From Armatimonadota bacterium (GTDB lineage: Bacteria; Armatimonadota; SYMT01): a stretch of DNA of 64,000 nt. Position numbers and translations under genes: made by a program. The stretch is from NCBI GenBank assembly GCA_041690135.1, contig JAWLHY010000001.1, positions 1,152,001-1,216,000 on the forward strand, given 5' to 3'. Position 1 is the first letter of the stretch; each line of letters opens with the position of its first letter. Shown here piece after piece: positions 1 to 10,400 of the stretch. Under the pieces are notes generated by a model. That model saw only the letters and a program-made list of their open reading frames with translations, had not been told where the DNA came from and ran no database searches.

Positions 1-204
1 GTTGGGAACGCTAGCAGCCGTCTTTGGGCTGGTAGTCTGAGCGTCGCCATTTTGCTGCGGCACAGAGGTCCGGGATTCGGAAACGGTGGTCGCAAGGGGG
101 ACCGGACTTCGTCCGGACTCCCACCCCGCGCAATGGAGTGTGGGGCGCCTGGTTGCGGTCACGGACGATGGACCCACTCCAGTGGTGAAAGCAGATCCAG
201 ATAC

Positions 205-233
205 TGGACTTCGGCCCGCGGAACCGGTATACT
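205..233 (+). promoter_or_regulatory. Putative sigma70 promoter of tRNA-Sec
   Basis: TGGACT-N17-TATACT about 30 nt upstream of the tRNA. Confidence 0.55.
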
Positions 234-264
234 GCGCAGGCAGTTAAGTGCTGCAGGCCGTTGG

Positions 265-363
265 GGGGGTGGCTCGGGTCTGGTGGCTCGCCAGGGCTTC
301 AAACCCTCGTGGGAGGCAGTTGATCCTGTCTTCGGTGGGTTCGATTCCCACACACTCCCGCCA
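265..363 (+). tRNA. selC: tRNA-Sec (anticodon UCA)
   Basis: Anticodon loop CTTCAAA; 6-bp D stem with 4-nt TGGT loop; long variable arm GGAGGCAG/CTGTCTTC; T arm GTGGG-TTCGATT-CCCAC; extended acceptor stem; G discriminator and encoded CCA. Confidence 0.93.
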
Positions 364-385
364 AATCCGGACTGCAAGCAAACTC

Positions 386-414
386 TTGACAGGCACCAGG
401 GCGGTTGGTATAAT
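386..414 (+). promoter_or_regulatory. Consensus sigma70 promoter of tRNA-Ala
   Basis: TTGACA-N17-TATAAT with TG extended -10. Confidence 0.85.
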
Positions 415-433
415 CCGCAGCGTTGAGAGACGC

Positions 434-506
434 GGGGCAGTAGCTCAGCTGGGAGAGCATTACGCTGGCAGCGTAAGGGTCAGGGGTTCGAATCCCCTCT
501 GCTCCA
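434..506 (+). tRNA. tRNA-Ala (GGC)
   Basis: Cloverleaf GGGGCAGTAGCTCAGCTGGGAGAGC...GGTTCGAATCC; anticodon arm TTACG-CTGGCAG-CGTAA; G3:U70 pair; CCA not encoded. Confidence 0.96.
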
Positions 507-508
507 TA

Positions 509-553
509 AAAGCCTCCGGGTGCGAAGGAACCGCCCCGGAGGCTTATTCGTTT
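509..553 (+). terminator. Intrinsic terminator after tRNA-Ala
   Basis: AAGCCTCCGGG...CCCGGAGGCTT hairpin followed by ATTCGTTT. Confidence 0.6.
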
Positions 554-660
554 AAAGGAGTGGCCGCTCACAGCCTCCGGGCCACTCCCGAGGCTTCTTT
601 CCCGCCCCGGCCGGTCTCTGCCGACCGATGTTTTACCCAAGCGCCGAAAGAAGACACCGC

Positions 661-1383
661 GTGTCTAGATTTTCACAGGCCGTCCGCCGCACTGCCGCGC
701 TGGTGGGGTGCCTCGGCTCCTTGCTGCTCGCCGCGCCGCTGGCCGGTTATGCCCAGTCCCCGCCGCCGGCCACTGCCGGTCAGGTTCCGACGCGCCAGTT
801 GATCGATGTGGCCGTCACCATCATCTCCACCGGAACGGCTCCGGACGAGATCTCCATTGCCTACGGCGCTCCGACCGCGGAAGAACAGATCAAGCAGGAT
901 TTCCAGGTCATTGCCAGTGAACTCGCAACTGCGGCGCCACCGGTGAATGTCCAGCGGGATGAGTCCTCTGGCTTCACCACCGGTGATGCCCGTATTCCGG
1001 GTCTGGTCAACTGGAAGGCGGGGACCGTCAACCTCGATGCCCTGGTGCAGGCGCTCAAGCGTTACGGGCATTTTCGGGTGCTTTGCTTCTTCCAGGGCAA
1101 CTTCCCCATGCCGACGCCCGGGCAGATCGTGCGCCCACCTCTCCGGATCGAGACGGCCGTCAGCGGCGGGCTCGTCGATTATCGCGTCTGGATCGATCAG
1201 AGCCGCGGCGTACCGAAGTCGCTCCCTTCAGTGAAGGGGAATTCGGGTCCGGACTGGAAGTTGATGCTGGGATTGGCGGCCCTGGCCATCGTGGCGGCCG
1301 CCGGTGTGTTCCTGATCGTTAACGTGATACTTGCCCAGCGCCAGCCCAAGCTGGCTTCTCGGGCCCGTGAGGAGAAGTCCTGA
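661..1383 (+). CDS. Hypothetical exported protein with C-terminal TM anchor
   Basis: N-terminal signal peptide (AGYA-Q), C-terminal hydrophobic helix; abuts the pilT-family gene; GTG start at 661 preferred over 628. Confidence 0.7.
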   Translation: MSRFSQAVRRTAALVGCLGSLLLAAPLAGYAQSPPPATAGQVPTRQLIDVAVTIISTGTAPDEISIAYGAPTAEEQIKQDFQVIASELATAAPPVNVQRDESSGFTTGDARIPGLVNWKAGTVNLDALVQALKRYGHFRVLCFFQGNFPMPTPGQIVRPPLRIETAVSGGLVDYRVWIDQSRGVPKSLPSVKGNSGPDWKLMLGLAALAIVAAAGVFLIVNVILAQRQPKLASRAREEKS

Positions 1384-2451
1384 ATGGCGAGTCTACAGAT
1401 TGACGACGTGCTGTTGAAAGCTCACGAGCTCCGGGTTTCGGACGTTTTCTTCAAAGACAACGTGCCCCCCGTCTACCGGCTCCACGGCAAGATCACGCGC
1501 TCCGAGTTCCCACTGCTCAACGGCGAGGAGATCCGACGGCTGGCTTACTCGCTGATGACGCCGCAGCAGATCCAGCGGTTCGAACAGCGCCGTGAAATGG
1601 ACCTCGGGTTCAGCCGTCCCTTCTCCCGCTTCCGCGGCAACGTCTACATGCAGAAGGGCACGGTCGGGATGGTAATCCGACTGATTCCCCTGTCGATGCC
1701 GCACCTGGACGAGCTGGGGATGCCCCCGGTGCTGAAGGAGCTGCCCAAGCAGAAGATGGGCCTCATCATGGTTACCGGGCCCACCGGTTCCGGGAAGTCC
1801 ACCACCCTCGCGGCGATGCTGAACCAGATCAATGAGACGATGCCGAAGAACATCGTCACCATTGAAGACCCGATCGAATTTGTCCACCAGGACAAGATGG
1901 GCATCGTCAACCAGCGCGAGGTCGGCATTGATACGGAGTCGTTCCAGTCCGGCCTGAAGTACGTGCTGCGCCAGGCGCCCGACATCATCCTCATCGGGGA
2001 GCTTCGGGACGTGGAAACGTTTGGCATCTGTCTCCAGGCGGCGGAAACCGGTCACCTGGTGTTCTCCACGGTGCACACCGCCAGCGCCTACGAGACCATG
2101 GACCGCATCATCAACATGTTCCCGCCGCACGACAAGCAGCAGATTTGTATGCGCCTCTCCAACTCCCTCCGGGGTATCGTTTCGCAGAAGTTGGTGCCGC
2201 GCTCCGACGGTTCCGGACGCGTGGCCGGCGTGGAGACGCTCATCAACACGCCGACCATTGCGAAGTTGATCGAAGAAGGCAAGTTCGGCTCGATTTACCA
2301 GCACATCTCGGAAGGTGACTACTGGGGCATGCAGACGATGAACCAGTGCCTCCTGCGGTATTACCGCGCGGGGCTCATCTCGGAAGAGGATGCGCTCACT
2401 TTCGCGGGCAACGCTACCGAACTGCGACAGATGATGCGCCGCCCGGCCTGA
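1384..2451 (+). CDS. Type IV pilus retraction ATPase, PilT/PilU family
   Basis: Walker A GPTGSGKST, TIEDPIEF Asp box, LRQAPDIILIGELRD, AETGHLVFSTVH; AIRNLIRE motif replaced by TIAKLIEE, which is more PilU-like. Confidence 0.92.
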   Translation: MASLQIDDVLLKAHELRVSDVFFKDNVPPVYRLHGKITRSEFPLLNGEEIRRLAYSLMTPQQIQRFEQRREMDLGFSRPFSRFRGNVYMQKGTVGMVIRLIPLSMPHLDELGMPPVLKELPKQKMGLIMVTGPTGSGKSTTLAAMLNQINETMPKNIVTIEDPIEFVHQDKMGIVNQREVGIDTESFQSGLKYVLRQAPDIILIGELRDVETFGICLQAAETGHLVFSTVHTASAYETMDRIINMFPPHDKQQICMRLSNSLRGIVSQKLVPRSDGSGRVAGVETLINTPTIAKLIEEGKFGSIYQHISEGDYWGMQTMNQCLLRYYRAGLISEEDALTFAGNATELRQMMRRPA

Positions 2452-2709
2452 TCCGCCGGTTGGGGAAACCTCCGGTCCCTGTGCAACTGTTTCAACGCCG
2501 TCGGGAAAGCCGGGGTGCTCTGCCGCAAAGCAGTGTTCTCCCGGCTTTTTCCGGGCCAGGGCGGATTTCCCGGCACGGGGTTGCTCGCCCGAGGAGGAGC
2601 GCAGCTCGCGACTGGTGTATACTGGTAACATGGTTTGCGCCCGGGCTGGCGCCTGCCGGGGAAGTACCGCTGCAGGCCCCCGGCGTGCGGGCCTAAGGAG
2701 AAGCATTCA

Positions 2710-3132
2710 ATGAATCGTCTCGTTCGCCTGGCGGCATCCATCGTGGCCGCCGGCGCAGTTATCACCTCGCTGCTGGCTGGACTTCCCGCCGTCGCGCAGA
2801 GTGAGCCAACGCCGCTGATCGTGGGTCAGACCCTGGTCGCGACCCTTCGGGAAGGGGATCGTCTCAATGGTCAGGAGTGGACCATCCAGGAGCGGATCAA
2901 CCACGTCCACGACTACATCGCTCAGCACCTGGGCGGTCAGACCGCCAAGGTCACTACCAAGAAGTGGGGCGAGCGCACGCACCTGTACGTGAACGGCGAC
3001 TTCGTGCTGGCCGTGACACCCGCGGACGCTCAGGCGACCGGTTACAAGGCGACAGAGCAGCTCGCCAAAATCTGGCAGGCGAACCTCAGTCGTGCACTCA
3101 ACCAGGCTGGAGCCCGCTCCACCGGACGCTGA
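2710..3132 (+). CDS. Hypothetical secreted protein
   Basis: AAGGAG RBS, signal peptide (AVA-Q), followed by a hairpin. Confidence 0.75.
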   Translation: MNRLVRLAASIVAAGAVITSLLAGLPAVAQSEPTPLIVGQTLVATLREGDRLNGQEWTIQERINHVHDYIAQHLGGQTAKVTTKKWGERTHLYVNGDFVLAVTPADAQATGYKATEQLAKIWQANLSRALNQAGARSTGR

Positions 3133-3167
3133 TCCGGAACGGGCCGCGGCTCGTAAAGCAACATGTC

Positions 3168-3210
3168 AACAACCCCCTCGTCCTCCCGCAGAGCGCGAGG
3201 GGGTTGTTGT
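3168..3210 (+). terminator. Hairpin terminator
   Basis: CAACAACCCCCTCG...CGAGGGGGTTGTTG inverted repeat. Confidence 0.6.
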
Positions 3211-3288
3211 ATCCGGGGCTGCACGCCGTCTTGTTCAAGACCTTGAGGGCGTGACGCTCCAGGCATGAATGGAAAAGAAGGAACGACC

Positions 3289-3831
3289 ATGATCCGCAAG
3301 ATACCTATCTGGGCAGCCCTTGCCGCCTGCGTCGCCTCGTTCGCCGCGGGGGCCTTTGCCTTTTCCGGGGGCATCGCTTCCGCGCAAGGCGGCGAGAAGG
3401 GTCCCGGCACGGAAGCTCCACCGGCGAAAGAATATTCCTACTTGCCTCCGCAGTATGGTGGAGCGCACATCCCGACCGTGGCCGAGTGGCAGGCCCTCCG
3501 GTTGACGGCGATGGGAGCCGGGCGGCTCGGGTTGACGAAGTACTTCTCGCGGAATCAGATGACTGCTCAGGTGGGTCCAGACCGTCTGGAGTTGACTTGC
3601 AACATGGTCCCACTTGCGGCGTGGAAGCACTCGCTCCCCGGCGGGAAATTCAACGTGCCGAACGAGCAGGTCGCGCCGGCGATCACAGAGGCGGTGAAGG
3701 TCGCCATCGGAGACGCACGGTACTTCTTCCCCGAGGTGCAGGAGAAGGACGTGCGGGTGCGCCTCTATATCGAGGGCAACAGCATCGGCGTCTACGAAGC
3801 GGGAACCCTGAAGCTGAACCCCCAGAAGTAA
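3289..3831 (+). CDS. Hypothetical secreted protein
   Basis: Signal peptide MIRKIPIWAALAAC...; stop overlaps the next start (TAATG). Confidence 0.7.
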   Translation: MIRKIPIWAALAACVASFAAGAFAFSGGIASAQGGEKGPGTEAPPAKEYSYLPPQYGGAHIPTVAEWQALRLTAMGAGRLGLTKYFSRNQMTAQVGPDRLELTCNMVPLAAWKHSLPGGKFNVPNEQVAPAITEAVKVAIGDARYFFPEVQEKDVRVRLYIEGNSIGVYEAGTLKLNPQK

Positions 3832-4835
3832 TGGCGGATTACTACGCGGACATCGAGGAAGTCGTCGTCGACACGTTCGAACGATGGGACGTGACGCGGA
3901 TCGGCTTCTCCTGGCGCAAATACTACCTGGACCACACGCGCCAGGTGCAGAGCCTGGCGCTGCGGATGGCGCGGGATCTGGGTGCGGACCCGGAGCAGCT
4001 CCGATATGCGGCAATCCTCCACGACATCACTAAGCGGTACGACGGCGCGATCTTGAAGGACGCCGAGGGCAAAAACGTTCTCGACGCGGAAGGTTTCTGG
4101 CTCAACGAGACCGTCCGCCCCCATCGCCACAACTGGGTCACCGAGACCTACGATCGGCTGGAGCTGCACGGCAAAATCCACCACGTCTCCGGCGCCATTC
4201 TGGCGGAGCACGTACTTCGCGAGTTCGACTTCCCGGAAAGTTTCGTCCGGCCGGTGGGTAAAGTCGTGGCCGGTCACCTGAAGGGGAAAGTGCCCCCGGA
4301 AGTGATGGACGAGCGGTATCGTGAGGTGGAGGTTCGCATCCTGTACGACGCGGATACCATCGATCCCAACGTCGGGCTGACGGCCTTCTACCGCAACATC
4401 CAGATCAACGCCGGTTTCGCCCTGGAGCGGGGCGAGCCGATGGACCTGCGCCGGTACGTGACGAGCAACATCCCTCGCTGGATCGCGATGAAGGACAGCT
4501 TCCGCGATCAGATGCTGACGGAGCGGGGCCGTGAGATCTGCGACGAACGCCAGCAGCGCAACCGCGTGATTGCCGCGCAACTGGAAGCGGAACTGGAGAA
4601 CGAGCCGGTCAACCGCAGGTATGGCCTCCTCGGCACCCTGGAGTACCTCTTCACGAACCCCGAAGACCCCAGCCTTCACGAGCATGCCGGCGGCCTGCGC
4701 GACGAGTGGCTGCCGCATCGGGAAACCCTCCTGGCGTCCGAGAACGAGCTGGAGCGTGACGCCTCCGGTGAGGCGCTCGCCCGGAGCCGAGAGTTCATCC
4801 ACCTCCTTCACGGCGAGATCACGGGCGAGTTGTAG
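3831..4835 (+). CDS. HD-domain metal-dependent phosphohydrolase
   Basis: YLDHTRQV...AAILHDITK...HH...YDADTID HD-domain motifs; ATG at 3831 coupled to the upstream stop. Confidence 0.8.
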   Translation: MADYYADIEEVVVDTFERWDVTRIGFSWRKYYLDHTRQVQSLALRMARDLGADPEQLRYAAILHDITKRYDGAILKDAEGKNVLDAEGFWLNETVRPHRHNWVTETYDRLELHGKIHHVSGAILAEHVLREFDFPESFVRPVGKVVAGHLKGKVPPEVMDERYREVEVRILYDADTIDPNVGLTAFYRNIQINAGFALERGEPMDLRRYVTSNIPRWIAMKDSFRDQMLTERGREICDERQQRNRVIAAQLEAELENEPVNRRYGLLGTLEYLFTNPEDPSLHEHAGGLRDEWLPHRETLLASENELERDASGEALARSREFIHLLHGEITGEL

Positions 4836-4869
4836 GAGCCTTCCCCGAATTGCTAAAGTGCCCTGTGGT

Positions 4870-6456
4870 CTAGCGAAGAAGAATTTCGCCGGCAACGAGA
4901 TCTCGCCCCGGACGCGGGTCGGTATCATAGCCGGCACTCTTGCGCCCTCCCCCATCCTCGCGGTCCAGCCCGTAACTGTACAGTAGGTAAGGGAAGCGCG
5001 TTGTTGGCGATTTCCATGTCCGGGGATACCGGTAGGACATGGGCTTATCGGACATCGGGTCGATCAGCTGCGACTTCGACACGCGGCAGTGCAACTCCGA
5101 CAGTGCTTTCGGATAGGCGCCGGTAGCGCGCCGGTGCTCCTGGATGGCGAGTTCGACCCTGAGCAACTGCAACTGCGTCCGACAGGCCGGAAGGTGCTCC
5201 AGTTCCGTCCACGTCCAACCGGATAGGAACCCGCGCGCTAGGGGATCGGTCGCCGGGGCGGGGTGCCGGCGTTGGGAGGACGGCTTTTGCAGTTCCCGTC
5301 TCTGGACTTCCGAACGGTCATCCACCTGCGCGTAGACGACCGGCCGGGGATAGAGGAATTTGAGCAGTCCGACCATCGGCTCTTCGGCTGAAGGAGGGAG
5401 CCGGACTTTCCAGCTCCGAACCCAGTCGGTGTAGGGCTCGTCGTGTTCGAGCCACGATGCTACGTCTCTCATCCGACCCGCCCGCAACCTGGGGTGCAGG
5501 TCCGACTCGGTGGGAAATGCGGCGATAACCACGTCCAATGCGTTTCCGACCGCCTGGGCTTCCAAGGCGGAAAGCTGCGGGATGAAATGCTCCGCCATCA
5601 AGGCGCCCGCCAAAGCGGTACTGAGCCCTTGCTGTTGGGGCGCAGCATGTCCCTTGCGCGCGATCTTTCCCCCGATTTCGATGAGCTCCAGGCATCGGCG
5701 AAGACCCTCCCCCCAGTTCTCCTCGTAGAAGTGCGCTTTGATCTGGGCGTTCTGCCAGGCTCGTGCCGAGACCCAGGAATAGAGCTCCATCTCGGACGGG
5801 TACGGACGGGCGGTCGGAAAAGGCGCGTGCTCGCGCATCAGGCGGGAAAGCCGAGCCAGGGGCGCGCGCCGGGGCGGAAGGCTGTGTGCCAGCTTCCGGG
5901 CGTCAGCGGCATCGGTCTGGGGATCCAGCCAGCGGTCGGATGCCGCGGGGCGGTCTCCCAACTCCGCGAGCAGGCTCCCCAACTCTCCCATTTTCGGGTC
6001 GGGCAGAGGCGCAGGGATGGAGCGGGACAGCGCAGGCGGAGCGTGGGCCCACGCGAGGTACCCTCCGGCAGCGGCAACTATTCCAAAGCCGGCTCCCAGC
6101 GCGGCGAGCAGCATCCAGCGCCGGTCGGTGCGTGCCCGGCGCGACGTGCTGCCGAGGGTTGGGTCAAGGGGCTCAACGCTCTGGTCCATGTTATCCAGAG
6201 ACGAAGAGCCGGATCCGCCGGTTACGGGATCCTTACTCCAACCTTCAAGCATCAAACCAATACAGACGGCAAAGGCCATTGCAGACAGGGCAAAGCAAGC
6301 GACCGTCCCTGCGAGGAGGGGTAAAGCCCAGCCGACTTCCCAGACCACCACCGCCACAAATCCGAAGCACAGCCACTCTGACTCCGCACCCCAGGACCCG
6401 ACGTGGCAGGCCCCCTGATCAGGGAAGCGTTCTCTACTCGGACGTGGCAACGTCAC
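4870..6456 (-). CDS. Hypothetical membrane protein with GspG-like C-terminal motif
   Basis: TM segments; C-terminal LAIQEHRRATGAYPKALSEL...DPMS...YSYGLDREDGGG pattern; start uncertain. Confidence 0.6.
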   Translation of the reverse strand: MTLPRPSRERFPDQGACHVGSWGAESEWLCFGFVAVVVWEVGWALPLLAGTVACFALSAMAFAVCIGLMLEGWSKDPVTGGSGSSSLDNMDQSVEPLDPTLGSTSRRARTDRRWMLLAALGAGFGIVAAAGGYLAWAHAPPALSRSIPAPLPDPKMGELGSLLAELGDRPAASDRWLDPQTDAADARKLAHSLPPRRAPLARLSRLMREHAPFPTARPYPSEMELYSWVSARAWQNAQIKAHFYEENWGEGLRRCLELIEIGGKIARKGHAAPQQQGLSTALAGALMAEHFIPQLSALEAQAVGNALDVVIAAFPTESDLHPRLRAGRMRDVASWLEHDEPYTDWVRSWKVRLPPSAEEPMVGLLKFLYPRPVVYAQVDDRSEVQRRELQKPSSQRRHPAPATDPLARGFLSGWTWTELEHLPACRTQLQLLRVELAIQEHRRATGAYPKALSELHCRVSKSQLIDPMSDKPMSYRYPRTWKSPTTRFPYLLYSYGLDREDGGGRKSAGYDTDPRPGRDLVAGEILLR

Positions 6457-6476
6457 GGCCGAACGGTGGCCGCTGG

Positions 6477-7427
6477 TTACGTTTCCTCGGGTGGGGATGC
6501 GGGCCGGGAGCGGACGACGGCCACCCCACCCAGGATGACGGCGGCGGCCGCGATTTCGCGCACCGTCAGCGTTTCGCCGAGGAGAGCGGCGCCCAGGGCC
6601 ATGGCGATGACCGGATTAACGTAGGCGTAGAGGGAGACGGTGCTGACCGGCAGCTTCTGGAGCGCGTAGATGTAGGCCGCGTAGCCGACCAGGGAGCCGA
6701 AGACCAGCAGGTACAGGAACGCGGCCAGCCCCTGCGGCGTGCAAGCCAGCCTCCCCCCTTCTCCCAGCAAGATTCCCGTCAGGGACACCAGACACCCGCC
6801 GACGATCATCTGGGCCGCGGCGCCCATCAGGGGTGAAACCGGTACGGGGCGATAGCGGGAGTAGATGGAACCCGCGGACCAGGACGCGCAGGCGACCTGT
6901 AGGCCCGCAAAGCCGAGCAGTACGCCGGTATCGAGGTGGGCGGCCTGCAGCCGGGGCGCCACCAGCAGCGCCATGCCGCAGCAGCCCAGGACCATTCCCG
7001 CCAGCGCGTTCCAGGTGGGGCGGTCACCTCCGGGGCGCAGCGCCTCCACCCCAACCATCCAGAAGGGCGTCGTCGCGACGGAGATGGCGGCGAGCCCGCT
7101 GGGCACCCACTGGGCGGACCAGGAGACGAAGCCGTTCCCGATGCCCAGAAGGGCGGTGCCGACGATGCCGAGGTGTAGCCAATCGGTGCGCGTGGGCAAC
7201 TCCTGTCCGCGCGCACGGAGCCAGGTCATCAACAGCACCCCGGCGGCGAGCACCCGCATTCCGTTGAAGAGCAGCGGGGGCGCCACCTGGACCCCCACCC
7301 GGATCGCCAGGTACGTGGTGCCCCAGAAGAAGCAGACGGCCAGCCAGGCGGCATAGGCCAATCTGCGGTCCTCCCCTGCTGGGCGGGGATCCGGTTCCGC
7401 GGCGGTTTCCCGAGAGCGCTCGCTCAT
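6477..7427 (-). CDS. EamA/DMT family transporter
   Basis: About 10 TM helices, WGTTYLAIR and YAYVNPVIAMALG motifs. Confidence 0.9.
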   Translation of the reverse strand: MSERSRETAAEPDPRPAGEDRRLAYAAWLAVCFFWGTTYLAIRVGVQVAPPLLFNGMRVLAAGVLLMTWLRARGQELPTRTDWLHLGIVGTALLGIGNGFVSWSAQWVPSGLAAISVATTPFWMVGVEALRPGGDRPTWNALAGMVLGCCGMALLVAPRLQAAHLDTGVLLGFAGLQVACASWSAGSIYSRYRPVPVSPLMGAAAQMIVGGCLVSLTGILLGEGGRLACTPQGLAAFLYLLVFGSLVGYAAYIYALQKLPVSTVSLYAYVNPVIAMALGAALLGETLTVREIAAAAVILGGVAVVRSRPASPPEET

Positions 7428-7458
7428 TGAGAAGCCACCGGGCGTTTGCGTCCGACCA

Positions 7459-10400
7459 TCAGTCGACCCAGACGGTGCCGCCGGCGCGCCCCGCGACGGC
7501 GGAAGCCTCCTCGATCACCTTGGGGTTGATGCCGACCCGGAGGCCCGCCAGCACCTTTTCTTCGCGCCCGTTATTGTCGATGTGGAACATCAGGCGGGCG
7601 CTGCCGGGGTTGGCGGCAAAGATCTGGCGGAGGGTCATCAACTCGGTGCGGCGCGCCTGCCCGAGGCGGACGTGGATGCTGGGAACGTGGACGGCGGTGC
7701 TCATCTCAATGGGGGTGATCTCTTCGCCCTGGACCTCGACGATGGCCGGCGAGTCGTCGTCTTCCACGATGCGGTCCCGCACGCTGGCCCGCCCCTTGAT
7801 GATGACGATCTTGTCCTTCTCCAACTGCTCCTTGCACTTCTCGTAGCTCTTGGGGAAGAAGACGACGGTCATGGTCCCGGTCACGTCTTCCAAAGAGATG
7901 TTGGCCATCATATCGTTTTTCTTGGTCAGGCGCTGGGTGACCTGGGCGATGATGCCGCCGACAACCACTTCTTCGCGGTCCTTCTTTTCCGGAAGCTCTG
8001 CCGCGGTGACGGTCGTGGAACTGCGGAGGATACGCGCGGCCTCTTTGAGTGGATGGTCCGTGACGTAGACGCCGAGAAGGTCGCGCTCCATCGTACGCAA
8101 CTCGTGCTTCGGAAGCTCGGGCACGATGGGGAGCGACACGCTGAGGCTGCCCATGTCGTCCTCTTCATCGGCCCCCCCGCCGAAGAGGGAGGTCTGGCCG
8201 CGACTCTCCTGTTTCCGGATGGCGGAAGCGGAGGCCATGGCGGGCTCCAGCGCAGCGAGCAGCTGGGCGGTGTGCCCGGGCAGGCAGTTCATCGCGCCGG
8301 CCTTGATCAGGCATTCGATGGCGGTCTTGGAGATTGCCTGGCCGTCCGGAGAGCCGCAGACCCGGCGGATGAAGTCGCCGAAGTCGCTGAACGGGCCGCC
8401 TTCCTGCCGCGCCTTCATGATCACCTCGATACACGGGCGGCTGACGTTCTTGATCGCCTCCAGGCCCATCCGGATGGCATGGGGCTGCCCGTCCTTGGTG
8501 GCGATCGCAAACTCCGCTTCGCTCTCGTTCACGCTGGGCGGCAGCAGCTCGATCCCCATCCGGCGCACGTCGTTGATGTAGAGCGCCAGCTTGTCCTTCT
8601 TGTCCACGATGGACGAAAGGTTGGGCGCCATGAACTCGTGCGGGAAGTTTGCCTTGAGGTAGGCCGTATGGTAGCTGAGGACCGCGTAGGCCGCGCTGTG
8701 GTTCAGGTTGAACCCGTACGAGGCGAAGTTATACATCACCTCGTAGATCTGCTCGGCGATCTTCTGGTCCACCCCCTTGCCGACGGCGCCGTTGATGAAG
8801 ACCGGCTTCAGCTTCTCCATCACATCGGCCTTCTTCTTGCTCATGGCTTTCATGGCCGCTTCCGCCTGTCCGGCGGTGAAGTCGGCGAGGGCCATGGTGA
8901 TCTTCATCACCTGCTCCTGGTAGAGGATGATCCCGTAGCTGTTGTTCAGGATCGGCTCCAGCAGGGGGTGCAGATAGGTGATCTCGGAGAGGCCGTGCTT
9001 GCGTTTGACGAACTCGTCGGCCATGCCACTCTGCAGCGGACCGGGCCGGTAAAGTGCCACGAGCGCGATCAGGTCCTCCAGGCGGTCCGGCTTCAGGTTG
9101 CGGAGCAGCTTCTGCATGCCGCTGCTTTCAAACTGAAAGACGGCGATCGACTCCCCGGCCTGCAACAGCTTGTATGTCTTCTCGTCCGTGAATGGGACCT
9201 GCTTGAGGTCGACATCGATGCCGCGATGCTTCTTGACCAGCTTGAGGCACTTGTCCACCACGGTCAGGTTCCGCAGGCCCAGGAAGTCCATCTTCACCAG
9301 GCCGACCTTCTCCGCGTCGGACATTTCGAACTGAATGGCCACCGTGTCTTCGCCCATCTTCTGGATGGGGCAGTACTCGATGACCGGCTCTTTGGTAATC
9401 ACGACGCCGGCGGCGTGCACGCTGCAGTGACGGTAGAGGCCCTCCACGCTCTGCGCCGTTTCCACCAGCTTTTGCGCGCGCGGGTCCTCGTCGAACAGCT
9501 TCTTCAGCTCCGGGATGCTGACGAGGGAGTTGGCCAGCGTGGTGCCTGGGACGGTCGGGATCAGCTTGGCGACACGGTCAACTTCCGGAAGCGGGTACTC
9601 GAGGGCCCGCCCCGCATCGCGCACGGCGGCCTTGGCGGCCATGGTCCCGAAGGCGATGATCTGGGCCACGTGGTCGGCGCCGTACTTGTCCTTACAGTAC
9701 TGGATCACCTCTTCCCGGCGGTCGTCCGCGAAGTCGAGATCGATATCGGGCATCGACTTCCGCTCGCGGTTGAGGAACCGCTCGAAGAGGAGGTTGTAGC
9801 GGAGCGGGTCGATGACCGTGAGGTTCAGCAGGTAGGAAACGAGGCTGCCCGCCGCGGAACCTCTCGCCTGCGACATGATCCCCCGGCTCCGCGCGAACCG
9901 GACGAAGTCCTGGACGATCAGGAAGTAGGCCGCGTAGCCTTTCGTCTGGATCACGTCCAGCTCGTAGCGGAGCCGGTCTTCCAGCTCCTCGGTGTGGACC
10001 GGGTACTTTTCGGGGACGGCGTCGCGACACAGCTTCTCCAGCCACGATTCGGGCGTGTGGCCGGGCGGCACTTCACACACCGGCAGGTGCGTGGTGGAGA
10101 AGTCGAACTTGAAGTTGCAGCGCTCGGCGATCTGGAGCGTGGTCTCCATCGCCTCTGGCCACTGACCGAAAAGCTGGCCCATTTCCTCCGGTGAGCGGAG
10201 GTAAAAGTTGGGCGGTCCGTACCGCAGCCGCTTCGGATCGTTCATCGTCACGCCGGTCTGGATACAGAGCAGCACCTCGTGCGGATCGGCATCCTTCTGG
10301 CGGAGGTAGTGGACGTCGTTAGAGCAAGTAAGGGGCAGATTCAATTCCCGGGCGATGCGGACCAACTCCGGGTTGACGAAGTGCTGCTCCTTCAGGCCGT

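Noticed and set aside
1-50. Possible minus-strand gene start running off the window (MATLRLPAQRRLLAFP...)
   Set aside because: Only 16 codons are visible, which is too little to support a call.
364-660. Genomic island integrated at selC or tRNA-Ala
   Set aside because: No integrase follows, and I saw no duplicated tRNA 3' end in the window.
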